Shown here one piece after another: positions 8,134-17,700 of a stretch of DNA of 32,000 nucleotides. Under the pieces are notes generated by a model that saw nothing but the letters and a program-made list of their open reading frames with translations, did no database searches and was not told the origin of the DNA. Each line of letters starts with the position of its first letter. Position 1 is the first letter of the stretch. The stretch is from Nitrosospira multiformis ATCC 25196 (lineage in GTDB: Bacteria; Pseudomonadota; Gammaproteobacteria; Burkholderiales; Nitrosomonadaceae). The stretch is from assembly GCF_000196355.1 (NCBI RefSeq), contig NC_007614.1:3120001-3152000 (forward strand), given 5' to 3'. A program made the position numbers and the translations under genes.

Positions 8134-9750
8134 ATGGCCCAGTTCATCAACACCAAAGAAAACATCGTCACCGAAGCGGTCGATGCTCTGGTCGCGGCCT
8201 CTGGCGGTAAGCTGGCGCGGCTCGACGGCTATCCACATATACGGGTGGTCGTACGCAATGACTGGGATAAGTCCAAGGTCGCGTTGATTTCGGGAGGCGG
8301 ATCGGGCCACGAACCGGCACATGCGGGTTTCGTCGGGAAAGGAATGCTGACGGCTGCGGTGTGCGGCGACATCTTCGCCTCCCCTACAGTCGACGCGGTA
8401 CTGGCAGGCATCCTTGCCGTGACGGGATCGTCCGGCTGCCTGCTCATCGTCAAGAATTATACCGGTGACCGATTGAATTTCGGGCTGGCGGCCGAACGCG
8501 CTCGCCCGTTCGGCTTGAATGTCGAGATAGTCATCGTCGGCGATGATGTGGCGTTGCCCGGCTTGCCGCAAGCCCGCGGCGTCGCCGGCACGCTTTTCGT
8601 GCACAAGATAGCCGGCGCGTTGGCCGAGAATGGAGCCGACTTGGCGCATGTCGCCGCAGCCGCGCGCAAGGTGGTGTCAAAGACAAAAAGCATCGGCATC
8701 TCGCTAAACACCTGCACCATCCCAGGTTTGCCAAAGGAGGATCGCATCCCGCCCGGCATGGCCGAGCTTGGGCTTGGCATCCACGGTGAAGCCGGGGTTG
8801 AGCAGGTCGAATTCAAGGACGCGACCGGAGCTGTCGCTGCCATGGTCGAGCGCCTGTCAGCTGCAATGGAAGAAAAGCCGCATGTCGTTATGGTCAACAA
8901 TCTCGGCGGCACGTCGGTCATCGAGATGTCGATCATCCTCAACGAAATCCGGCGGTCAGCGATTGGCGAGCAGATAACCCACGTCATCGGGCCGGCGGCC
9001 ATGATGACATCTCTCGATATGCATGGCTTCTCGATTTCAGCCTATCCTGCCGACGATGCAGAGATCGCCCTTCTCAAGCAGCACACGCCGCTGGCAGCAT
9101 GGCCCGGGGTCTCCCGGTTGGGTCAGGTCGCGATTCAGGCGCTTCCGGACGGCCTGACGCCAGTCGTTCCGATGCCCTCGATGCACAGGCCGACCAGGGA
9201 GTTCCTGATCAGGTGCTGCGAGGTTCTGATCGCCGCCGAGAACGACCTTAACGCGCTCGACGCGAAGTCAGGCGATGGCGACACCGGCAGCACGCTAGCC
9301 GGGGCGGCACGTGCCCTGATCAGCGCCGTGGACCGATTGCCGCTTGCCGACCATACCCAGCTCTATCGAGCCATTGGCTTGGAGCTTTCCCAAACCATGG
9401 GAGGCTCGTGCGGTGTGCTCCTCGCGATCTTCTTCGCCGCTGCGGGCGACGCCGCCTCAAGCGGCTCGCCAATGCGCGAAGCGTTGCAGGCCGGGTTGCG
9501 GAGAATGCAGGAAATCGGCGGGGCTCGCCCGGGTGACCGCACCATGGTCGATGCCCTTGCGCCGGCCCTTGATGTCCTGGAAGAGAGCCTGTCCGAGGCG
9601 GCGAAAGCCGCGCGTGCGGGCGCCGATCGCACTGCCCACATGAGCAAGGCGAATGCGGGTCGCGCTTCCTATGTCAATGCCAGGCATTTGGTCGGTCACG
9701 CTGATCCAGGTGCTGAGGCGGTCGCGCGACTGTTTGAACACTTGGCCTAG
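8134..9750 (+). CDS. Dihydroxyacetone kinase, fused DhaK-DhaL (ATP-type)
   Basis: DhaK part: SGGGSGHEPAHAGFVGKGMLTAAVCGDIFASPTVDAV...LLIVKNYTGDRLNFGLAAE...GLGIHGEAGVE. DhaL part: LNALDAKSGDGDTGSTLAGAAR...MGGSCGVLLAIFF...GDRTMVDALAPA. An RBS-like GGAG precedes ATG at 8134. The ORF track extends further upstream to 8080. Confidence 0.92.
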   Translation: MAQFINTKENIVTEAVDALVAASGGKLARLDGYPHIRVVVRNDWDKSKVALISGGGSGHEPAHAGFVGKGMLTAAVCGDIFASPTVDAVLAGILAVTGSSGCLLIVKNYTGDRLNFGLAAERARPFGLNVEIVIVGDDVALPGLPQARGVAGTLFVHKIAGALAENGADLAHVAAAARKVVSKTKSIGISLNTCTIPGLPKEDRIPPGMAELGLGIHGEAGVEQVEFKDATGAVAAMVERLSAAMEEKPHVVMVNNLGGTSVIEMSIILNEIRRSAIGEQITHVIGPAAMMTSLDMHGFSISAYPADDAEIALLKQHTPLAAWPGVSRLGQVAIQALPDGLTPVVPMPSMHRPTREFLIRCCEVLIAAENDLNALDAKSGDGDTGSTLAGAARALISAVDRLPLADHTQLYRAIGLELSQTMGGSCGVLLAIFFAAAGDAASSGSPMREALQAGLRRMQEIGGARPGDRTMVDALAPALDVLEESLSEAAKAARAGADRTAHMSKANAGRASYVNARHLVGHADPGAEAVARLFEHLA

Positions 9751-9846
9751 GTTTAGATTGTAAGCATCTGTTGAATCGCCCTGATTTTTGAGCTGGATAA
9801 TTTTTCCCGCGATCACAAAGAAAACTGCTTCTCCCCTTTTGCTATT

Positions 9847-9879
9847 TTTACCCATGATGACCTACTTATCATGGGTAAA
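9847..9879. repeat. Perfect 12-bp inverted repeat (TTTACCCATGAT-9 nt-ATCATGGGTAAA)
   Basis: The arms are exact reverse complements around the spacer gacctactt. Confidence 0.9.
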
Positions 9880-10298
9880 TCCGGCGCGGGATTCAGGCCA
9901 TCGCGAGTAATCTGCATTTAGCGACTGTGAATCTTCACGCGTGAGGGACCGGGCAGGCCAACGATCAGCACGATTGCAGGTAGGGACACATCGGTCGCAA
10001 TAGGGGAACTCCCGGTCAGACCGGGTCCGGGAGGTTCTAAAACTTCCGTCACTGCACCTAATATGGCTTGATCATCAGTTAATCGCAGTTCATCATGAAA
10101 TGTTAAGGTGCCGGTAGAAAGAGAGGGCGCCACCATTGCATTTTGTGGGGCGAGCGGAGGATCGGTTTCCTCTACATTACTTATTTCCTCGGGAGGATTA
10201 TCCTCGCGAATAGCCGCGTAGTGTTTGTTTTACCTGCCCGTTTGGAATAAATTGGCTAGGCCGCCTTCGATACAAGCGAACATACTCCAAAACAGGTA

Positions 10299-10913
10299 AT
10301 GCCCTCTCTTGTACTACCGATGAGAAACGCTTCCTTCTTGCTATTTCTGTGGTCAATGCCATTTATGGCAGGATCGTCAGCAGACTCACCCCAGGGTAGG
10401 GACATTGAGGTTCAGGTCAGCATGGCCGGAGAAAATATTATTATTGATCTTAATTTTGCTGTGTCAGCAAACCCGCGGGAGGTCTGGGACGTGCTCACCG
10501 ACTTCGACCGTATGGCTGATTTTGTCTCCAACTTGAAGGAGAGCAAGGTTGTCAGTATTTCTGAAGATAAGTTTACTATTTTCCAAAACGGCACTGCCAC
10601 TTACGGCCCCATCCGCTATCCGTTCGAGTCAATACGGGAAGTAAGATTGATCCCTTACCATAAGATATTGACGCATCTGGTCAGCGGCAACATGCACAAA
10701 TTGGACGGTACTACTTACCTGACTGATGAGACCGGGGGGACTCGCGTGGTCCATCGTACGGAGGCTATCCCGAAAGTCTGGATTCCTGCGGTAGTGGGAA
10801 AGGTGTTTATCGAACATGAAGTGCGGGAGCAATTTAATGAAATGAGAAATGAAATAATCCGGAGGAAGAGGGCAGCCCTAAAGAAAGGACACGAGAAACA
10901 GGATGGGCGATGA
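10299..10913 (+). CDS. Putative secreted SRPBCC (START-like / polyketide cyclase-type) protein
   Basis: Hydrophobic N-terminal signal (MRNASFLLFLWSMPFMAGSSADS), then INLNFAVSANPREVWDVLTDFDRMADFVSNLKESKVVS-like text typical of SRPBCC. The start may be 10320. Confidence 0.75.
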   Translation: MPSLVLPMRNASFLLFLWSMPFMAGSSADSPQGRDIEVQVSMAGENIIIDLNFAVSANPREVWDVLTDFDRMADFVSNLKESKVVSISEDKFTIFQNGTATYGPIRYPFESIREVRLIPYHKILTHLVSGNMHKLDGTTYLTDETGGTRVVHRTEAIPKVWIPAVVGKVFIEHEVREQFNEMRNEIIRRKRAALKKGHEKQDGR

Positions 10914-10989
10914 CTAGCGAAAGCGATCGCGTTACGCCGGATGGAGCCGAAGGGACTACAAGGACGCGCCCGAACACTGAGGGTTCTGT

Positions 10990-11125
10990 CATAAGGGAAA
11001 GCTATATTTCTGCCGTACCGTAAAAGCCACACCCGTCGCGAGGCGGGGCCGGAAAGTCCCGGATTTGCGCAATTGAAGGGAACTCGCGCAGGTAGCCGGA
11101 CTGCCAGTACATCAAAAAGCAGACT
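10990..11125 (+). promoter_or_regulatory. Candidate structured 5' leader, possibly a divergent GEMM/c-di-GMP-I riboswitch
   Basis: Contains CGTAAAAGCCAC and, about 45 nt later, GCAGGTAGCCGGACTGCC, resembling the GEMM-I elements (CGCAAAGCC ... GGTAGCCGGGTTGCC). It also has local hairpins (CCGTCGCGAGGCGG; TGCGC...GCGCA) and sits just upstream of a PEP-CTERM gene. Confidence 0.35.
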
Positions 11126-11151
11126 TTTCCTCAATTTTCCGGAGGTTTTCA

Positions 11152-12540
11152 ATGTTCAAGCAGAAAAAAATAGGCGCTCTTGTTTCAGGTGCGCTCTTGA
11201 TGGCGACCGGCACGACCGGAGCCATTGCGGCGAACACGCATTTCAGTAGCTTTACCCCGCTGAAAGACAGTGTGGCAGCAGGCTCGCTCCCCGAAAACGC
11301 CCCCTTCCGGTTAGCTTCCCCCAATTTCTCCCAGATTCGGATCGCTGACCGCACGACCCAACTCGATCTTGGTGAGGGTAATTCCGGCAGCTGGGATATG
11401 ATCACCGCAAACGAAACCGGGCCGAATGCCGGGCGCTATTTGTTCACTCCGTTCGAGACTTCGATGGCAGGTGTGCAGCGGATCGATCTGGCAAGCGGCA
11501 TCACGAAAACCCTCGTTCACCCCGGCACACAGGATTTCGTCTCGGGCGATGCATCGCGCTGGACACCTTGGGGCAGCTATGTCACTGCCGAAGAATCCTG
11601 GGGCACCGGCAGTACCAAAGGACGCCTGTTCGAGTTGACCAATCCCGTGTCTGCCACCGGAACCGGGGACGCGAACTTCGTATTCCGTTCTATCCTGCCC
11701 CGCGTATCTCACGAGGGTCTCGCGTTCGACAAGAACAACAACCTGTATTTCGTCGATGAACTGAATGGCGGCAGTATCTACAAGTACGTGTCGGCCAACC
11801 CGACCGCCAGTAACGGAGGCGACTACTTTGCAGCAGGCCAGACCTTCGCCGTGGCGGTCAATGGCGGCGGCAATGCCAACGCAGTAGGTTCCGTAACATG
11901 GACTCCCATTACCGATGCCACAGGCGGCGCCCTCCCGGGCATTTCAGCTCTGAATGCGGACGGCACAATCGATGGCCGAGCGACCGCTGACATGGTGAAC
12001 GCAACAGAGTATCAGCGCCCCGAGGATATCGAAATCAAGACGCTTGCCAATGGTGACCAGATCCTTTTCGTTGCCACCACGACCACGAACGAGGTGTACT
12101 CGATCAACCTGGATGCCAACAACGCGCAGCTCTTCGTCAGCCGCGACACGCTCGATCAGGCGAACGGCACCGCCGTGGGCACCGCGCTCGCCAGTCCGGA
12201 CAACCTGGCCATCGACGCCGCCGGCAATATTTATGTTATCGAGGATCAACCTGGCGGCAGGGCGGACATCTGGTTCGCGCAGGATGCCAATCACGATGGT
12301 GTTGCGGAGTCGCTGGGGCGCTGGGCATCCATGTCCACAGTGGGCGCTGAACCGACCGGCCTCTATTTCGACAAATTCAACCCCAATGTGGCATATGTGA
12401 ACATACAGCACCCGGACAGCATGGTGGACAGCACCATCATGATCACGGCTGTGCCGGAACCGGAAACCTATGCCCTGATGATGGCAGGGCTAGGCCTCGT
12501 TGGCGCCGTAGTGCGTCGCAGAAAAGCCTTCCCAGCATAA
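11152..12540 (+). CDS. PEP-CTERM sorting-domain protein with PhoX/DUF839-like beta-propeller region
   Basis: Signal peptide (MFKQKKIGALVSGALLMATGTTGAIAA). PhoX-like text includes SRWTPWGSYVTAEESWG, HEGLAFDKNNNLYFVDELNGGSIYKY and PDNLAIDAAGNIYVIED. C-terminal VPEPETYALMMAGLGLVGAVVRRRKAFPA is a PEP-CTERM signal. SD GGAGG lies upstream. Confidence 0.88.
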   Translation: MFKQKKIGALVSGALLMATGTTGAIAANTHFSSFTPLKDSVAAGSLPENAPFRLASPNFSQIRIADRTTQLDLGEGNSGSWDMITANETGPNAGRYLFTPFETSMAGVQRIDLASGITKTLVHPGTQDFVSGDASRWTPWGSYVTAEESWGTGSTKGRLFELTNPVSATGTGDANFVFRSILPRVSHEGLAFDKNNNLYFVDELNGGSIYKYVSANPTASNGGDYFAAGQTFAVAVNGGGNANAVGSVTWTPITDATGGALPGISALNADGTIDGRATADMVNATEYQRPEDIEIKTLANGDQILFVATTTTNEVYSINLDANNAQLFVSRDTLDQANGTAVGTALASPDNLAIDAAGNIYVIEDQPGGRADIWFAQDANHDGVAESLGRWASMSTVGAEPTGLYFDKFNPNVAYVNIQHPDSMVDSTIMITAVPEPETYALMMAGLGLVGAVVRRRKAFPA

Positions 12541-12572
12541 ATTGCTGCAAGAGTTCCGCGGATTCCTGCCAG

Positions 12573-12614
12573 TCTCGATGCAGGCGGAAGCGTCCGCTTC
12601 CGCCTGCATCGAGA
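12573..12614. terminator. Strong perfect hairpin (20-nt arms, 2-nt centre), probable bidirectional terminator between convergent genes
   Basis: tctcgatgcaggcggaagcg-tc-cgcttccgcctgcatcgaga is perfectly self-complementary and lies between the + strand gene ending at 12540 and the - strand gene ending at 12778. There is no clear U-tract. Confidence 0.6.
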
Positions 12615-12777
12615 TCAAACTCACCCATGTAGCCGGCGATCCGACACCATTAACGATGATCCGCCAGCACCTTTACGGGCCAGGTGGAGCTTGAATTTGT
12701 GGCGGGAATGCGCGCCAGTCCTATTTATATCCGCATTTTTGCAGGAATAGCGAAAATGGAAACCGGACCGGATGCCA

Positions 12778-13107
12778 CTAAAATTTTATGCGGGAACTGA
12801 TGGTCTCGTATATCTTCGAACTGAATGCAGTCGCCTGCTGGATGATCTCCCGCTCGGAGGGGTCCTTGATCTTTCCCGTCTTCGTTAGCTTTTCGCCGAC
12901 CCTGTAGCCGTTCGCCCACGCCGCGTCGCAAATGGGGTCACCAAAAACATGCTTCTTTTCGGCAATGTGTGCGGCTAATCCGCTCAGGAATTTGTCGTTT
13001 GTGCCTGAAAAATAACCCCCTATCGTACACAGCTTGTAATCCTCTTCGTTAGCGGTAACGGTGCTGGAAAAAACCGCCAGAAACAATAACAAAAACAGGT
13101 TTTTCAT
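12778..13107 (-). CDS. Small secreted hypothetical protein (109 aa)
   Basis: Clear signal peptide MKNLFLLLFLAVFSSTVTA, two cysteines in the mature part, and a GGAG-like RBS upstream of the ATG. Confidence 0.65.
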   Translation of the reverse strand: MKNLFLLLFLAVFSSTVTANEEDYKLCTIGGYFSGTNDKFLSGLAAHIAEKKHVFGDPICDAAWANGYRVGEKLTKTGKIKDPSEREIIQQATAFSSKIYETISSRIKF

Positions 13108-13411
13108 GCTGCTCCTTAAAGATTCAGATTCATGATTGTCGTTCAGCGGGGCTGGGGATGAAGATCAACCGAGATGGACGAAATATCGTTTCCCTTCCCG
13201 GCGTCCGGCAACTTCAAACGGGCAACTGCAAAATGGAAGTGCGTAGGTACATCTATTATAGTACTGCTGTTCCGCTGCGCGATACAGATCGTCCTGCCTT
13301 CAGTCGATTCATGGGGCTGGACTCGGGTCTGTAATGAATGCCGCCAATAATCAGGAGCACAAGGAATTCTTCAGCTGGACCACCGGCTTTTTTTATTGCT
13401 ATATTTAAAAC

Positions 13412-14521
13412 GTGTCGAGCGCGGCAGTTCCGTCATTCGAGGTGGCAAGAATCATAAGACCTGATGTGAAAACATTCCTTTCCTCCCTATCCATGCAACC
13501 AGCAAGACCTTATGTCGCTCCGCTATGGCTGCGGGGCGGTCACGCTCAAACCATCTATCCCTATTTTCTTGCCCGCCCTTCGATTCCCTACCGACGCGAG
13601 CGGTGGGAACTGGACGATGGGGATTTCATCGACCTCGACTGGCTGGAGGGCGAGATGGACGCGCCCCTGATAGTGCTGTTTCACGGCCTCGAAGGAAGCT
13701 CGAACAGTCACTATGTCGTAAGCACCATGACCCTGTTTCGCGAGATAGGCTGGCGCGCGGCAGTGGTACATTTTCGTGGTTGCTCCGGTTCACCGAATCG
13801 GCTGCCACGCGCCTATCATGCGGGCGATTCGGCAGAGATCAACTGGATATTGGAACGCATCAATATCAGAGAAAGACAGTCCGGCAGGCAACCCTCTTCG
13901 ATTTACGCGGTCGGGGTATCGCTGGGAGGCAACGCACTGCTGAAATGGGTGGGTGAGCAGGGCAGGCAGGCTTGCCGATTGATCGATGGAGTCGTGGCCG
14001 TTTCCGTGCCCCTCGATCTTGCTGCTGCGGGGAATGCTCTCGCTTCCGGCTTCAATCTGCTCTACACGCGCCATTTTCTTGATACGCTCAAGCGCAAGGC
14101 GGTCGGAAAACTTGACCTCTTTCCGGATTTGTTCGATCCCGCGGCAGTCAGCGCCTGCACTACGCTGTATGAGTTCGATAATCTCGTAACTGCGCCGCTC
14201 CATGGTTTCCGTAATGCGGAGGACTATTGGAACCAATCGAGCAGCAAACCATGGCTCAAGTACATTGAGGTGCCTACACTCATTGTAAATGCAATCAACG
14301 ACCCGTTCATGCCGCCGCATGCCCTGCCCTCGGGGGCGGATGTTTCTTCCATGGTCGTCCTGGAATATCCGGACGAGGGGGGACATGTAGGCTTCCTCGA
14401 TTCCCCGTTTCCAGGCAGGCTGACCTGGTTGCCGGAAAGAATCGTCAGCTTTTTCGGCGAACAAGGGGGCCGGATCGTGGTGCAAACCGGCGAAGCAATG
14501 CCGGCCACCCAGATTTCCTGA
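13412..14521 (+). CDS. YheT-family alpha/beta hydrolase
   Basis: PLWLRGGHAQTIYPYF, DGDFIDLDWLEG, PLIVLFHGLEGSSNSHYV, RAAVVHFRGCSGSPNRLPRAYHAGDS, GVSLGGNALLKWVGEQG and YPDEGGHVGFL are all hallmarks of the YheT family. Confidence 0.93.
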   Translation: MSSAAVPSFEVARIIRPDVKTFLSSLSMQPARPYVAPLWLRGGHAQTIYPYFLARPSIPYRRERWELDDGDFIDLDWLEGEMDAPLIVLFHGLEGSSNSHYVVSTMTLFREIGWRAAVVHFRGCSGSPNRLPRAYHAGDSAEINWILERINIRERQSGRQPSSIYAVGVSLGGNALLKWVGEQGRQACRLIDGVVAVSVPLDLAAAGNALASGFNLLYTRHFLDTLKRKAVGKLDLFPDLFDPAAVSACTTLYEFDNLVTAPLHGFRNAEDYWNQSSSKPWLKYIEVPTLIVNAINDPFMPPHALPSGADVSSMVVLEYPDEGGHVGFLDSPFPGRLTWLPERIVSFFGEQGGRIVVQTGEAMPATQIS

Positions 14522-14741
14522 CTACGATTTTCGTTGCACCTTCCGGACTTTCCCCTTCAGAAATACTGCTGCGGCGGTACCGAATTCGGACTTCGGAATA
14601 GCATCCGGTCAGAAACTGTTGTTCCTTGGCGGGGACCTTAATGCGGTTTAACTGGTGTAAAATACTCCATGAAATTTAGCCGGCTTCCCGCGAGTCGGCT
14701 TGCTGCCACAGTCCCTAACCTTTTGCCGCATCAGTCCTCCA

Positions 14742-17700
14742 GTGTCTGCTCCGACAACGTTTATTCATCTACGGTTGCACAGCGAGTATTCCGTAGTAGA
14801 TGGCATCGTCCGCATAGACGAGGCAGTGGCCAAAGCCGTTGCTGAGGGAATGCCGGCCCTGGCGCTGACCGATCTCTCGAACCTGTTCGGCCTCATCAAG
14901 TTCTACCAGGAAGCGCGCAATAAAGGACTCAAGCCGATTGTCGGCTGCGATGTGTGGATCAGTAACGACATCGATCGGGACAAATCCTTTCGAATACTGC
15001 TCCTATGCCAATCCTATCCCGGCTATCTCGCGCTGTGCCGCCTGCTATCGCGCGCTTATCGGGAAAATCAGTATCGGGGGCGGGCGGAAATCAGGAAATC
15101 CTGGTTAAGCGCCAGCGATCTCGGAACGGAAGGCCTGATTGCTCTTTCAGGCGCCAATCTGGGCGACATAGGCCTGGCGCTTATACACAACGACTTGGAT
15201 CAGGCCCGCACCCTTGCCCAAGAGTGGACGGAACTCTTCCCCGGTCGTTTTTATATCGAAGTGCAACGGGCAGGGCACGCCAACGCTGAAGCGCTGGTGC
15301 AACGTTCCCTTGCTCTGGCGGCGGCCTTGCGCCTCCCGGTGGTGGCAACGCACCCGGTGCAATACCTGAATCCGGAAGACTACCGCGCCCACGAGGCCCG
15401 GGTCTGCATTTCTCAGGGCTACGTGCTGGGCGATCGGCGCCGGCCCAGGCATTGCACCGAGGAGCAATATTTCAAAACCCAGGCGGAAATGAGCGCTTTA
15501 TTTGCCGACATACCTTCGGCACTTGCCAATACCATGGAAATTGCCAGGCGATGCAATCTGGCCCTGGAATTGGGAATCAATCGCCTTCCCCAGTTTCCGA
15601 CGCCGAATAACGAAAGCCTGGATTTGTACCTGCGCAATCAGGCCAGCACAGGTCTGGAAAAACGCATGCGAGCACTTTTTCCGGATCCCGATCGACGCGC
15701 TGCCGAGATGCCGAAGTATCGCGCCCGACTGGATTTCGAAGCCGATACTATCGTGCAAATGGGTTTTGCCGGATATTTTCTGATCGTGGCTGATTTTATC
15801 AACTGGGCCAAGCAGAATGACGTGCCAGTCGGGCCGGGACGGGGCTCCGGAGCGGGTTCGCTGGTTGCTTATTCCCTCGGCATTACCGATCTGGACCCGC
15901 TCCGCTATGATCTGTTGTTCGAGCGCTTTCTCAATCCCGAACGCGTCTCCATGCCCGACTTCGATATCGATTTCTGCCAGGATGGGCGCGAACACGTGAT
16001 CGAATACGTGAAACAGAAATATGGGGCCGAGAGCGTTTCGCAGATCGCCACTTTCGGCACCATGGCGGCCAAGGCTGTGGTCAGGGATGTGGGCCGGGTG
16101 CTGGACCTGCCCTATAACTTTGTCGATCAGCTGGCCAAACTGGTTCCTTTCGAACTGGGCATGACTCTGAAAAAAGCGCGGGAGGAAGAGCCGCAATTGA
16201 ATCAACGGGCAGAAGCGGAGGAGGAGGTTCGCAATCTGCTCGAGTTGGCCGAGCGGCTGGAGGGACTGACGCGCAATGTGGGCATGCATGCGGGAGGTGT
16301 GCTGATTGCCGCGGGAAAGATCACTGATTTTTGTCCTGTATATTGCGCGGACGGGGGGGAATCGGTCGTAAGCCAGCTTGATAAAGATGATGTGGAGAAA
16401 GTTGGTCTGGTGAAGTTCGATTTTCTGGGATTGAGGACTTTAACCATACTCGACTGGAGCGTAAGGTATATCCGGCAGCGCAAGTCGGGCAATACAGGAA
16501 ACGATTCCGAAACTCGATCGTTTTCGCTCGAGAACCTCCCGCTGGATGACCCCGATACCTACGCGCTGATGCGACAAGGTAACGCGGTGGGAATCTTCCA
16601 GTTCGAATCCCGCGGCATGAAGGATCTTTTGCAGAAAGCCCGGCCGGACCGGTTCGAAGACCTCATCGCGCTGGTAGCCCTGTACCGTCCCGGCCCAATG
16701 TCGCTGATCCCGGAGTTTATCGAACGCAAGCATGGCAAGCGGGTAGTGGAATATCTCGACCCTCGCCTGAAACCGATACTCGAGCCCACCTACGGGATCA
16801 TGGTTTATCAGGAACAGGTGATGCAGATCGCCCAGGTGATAGGCGGATACAGCCTGGGCAGCGCCGATCTGCTGCGCCGGGCAATGGGCAAGAAAAAGCC
16901 CGAGGAAATGGCTTTGCAGCGCGACATCTTCGTGTCAGGAGCAGTCAAGAATGGGCTGACAGAGGGCGATGCGGCTGAGTTGTTCGACCTGATGGAAAAA
17001 TTCGCCGGCTATGGATTCAATAAATCCCATGCAGCCGCTTATGCCCTGATAGCCTTCCAGACCGCTTACCTGAAAGCGCATTATCCGTCTGAATTCATGT
17101 CGGCCACCTTGTCCGCCGACATGGATGATACGGACAAGGTACACATATTTTTTGAGGACAGCATTGCCAATGGGTTGGCGGTCCTGCCTCCCGATATCAA
17201 CCTGTCCGGTTATCGCTTTGTCCCGGTAGACGAGAAAACCATAAGGTATGGGCTGGGGGCAATAAAAGGAACAGGAGAATCGGCAATAGCCGCTATCATT
17301 CAGGCCCGTGAGCAGGGAGGTGCATTCAGCGATTTGTTCGATTTCTGTCATCGGGTAGACAAACGTATCGTTAACCGGCGCGTGGTGGAATCGCTTATAC
17401 GCGCGGGCGCATTCGATGCTATCGACACCCATCGCGCAGCCTTGCTGGCATCGGTTGGAATCGCCCTCGAATCGGCGGAGCAGGCAGAACGCTCGGTTAA
17501 TCAGGTAAGCTTGTTTGGGGAGGAAATGGGCGTCATCGAACGTCCGGCCCTGGTCAAGGTGCCCGTATGGCCGGAAAAGGAAACGCTGAAAAATGAAAAA
17601 CTGGCCCTCGGGCTCTATTTGAGCGGCCATCCCTTCAATGCCTACAGGGAGGAATTGAATCATTTTGTGCGCACCCGGCTGAATCGGCTGGTTCCTCAGC

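Noticed and set aside
7960-8649. 229-aa minus-strand ORF antisense to the dihydroxyacetone kinase
   Set aside because: It overlaps a strongly supported gene in antisense, its composition mirrors the kinase codons, and it has no recognisable domain.
14700-14741. N-terminal extension of DnaE from TTG 14700
   Set aside because: The family start (xxPTTFIHLRLHSEYS) fits the GTG at 14742, and the extra 14 residues do not look conserved.
15498-16289. 263-aa and other long minus-strand ORFs inside dnaE (also 16935-17894, 17970-18437)
   Set aside because: dnaE is continuous and well conserved on the plus strand, so these are codon-bias artefacts.
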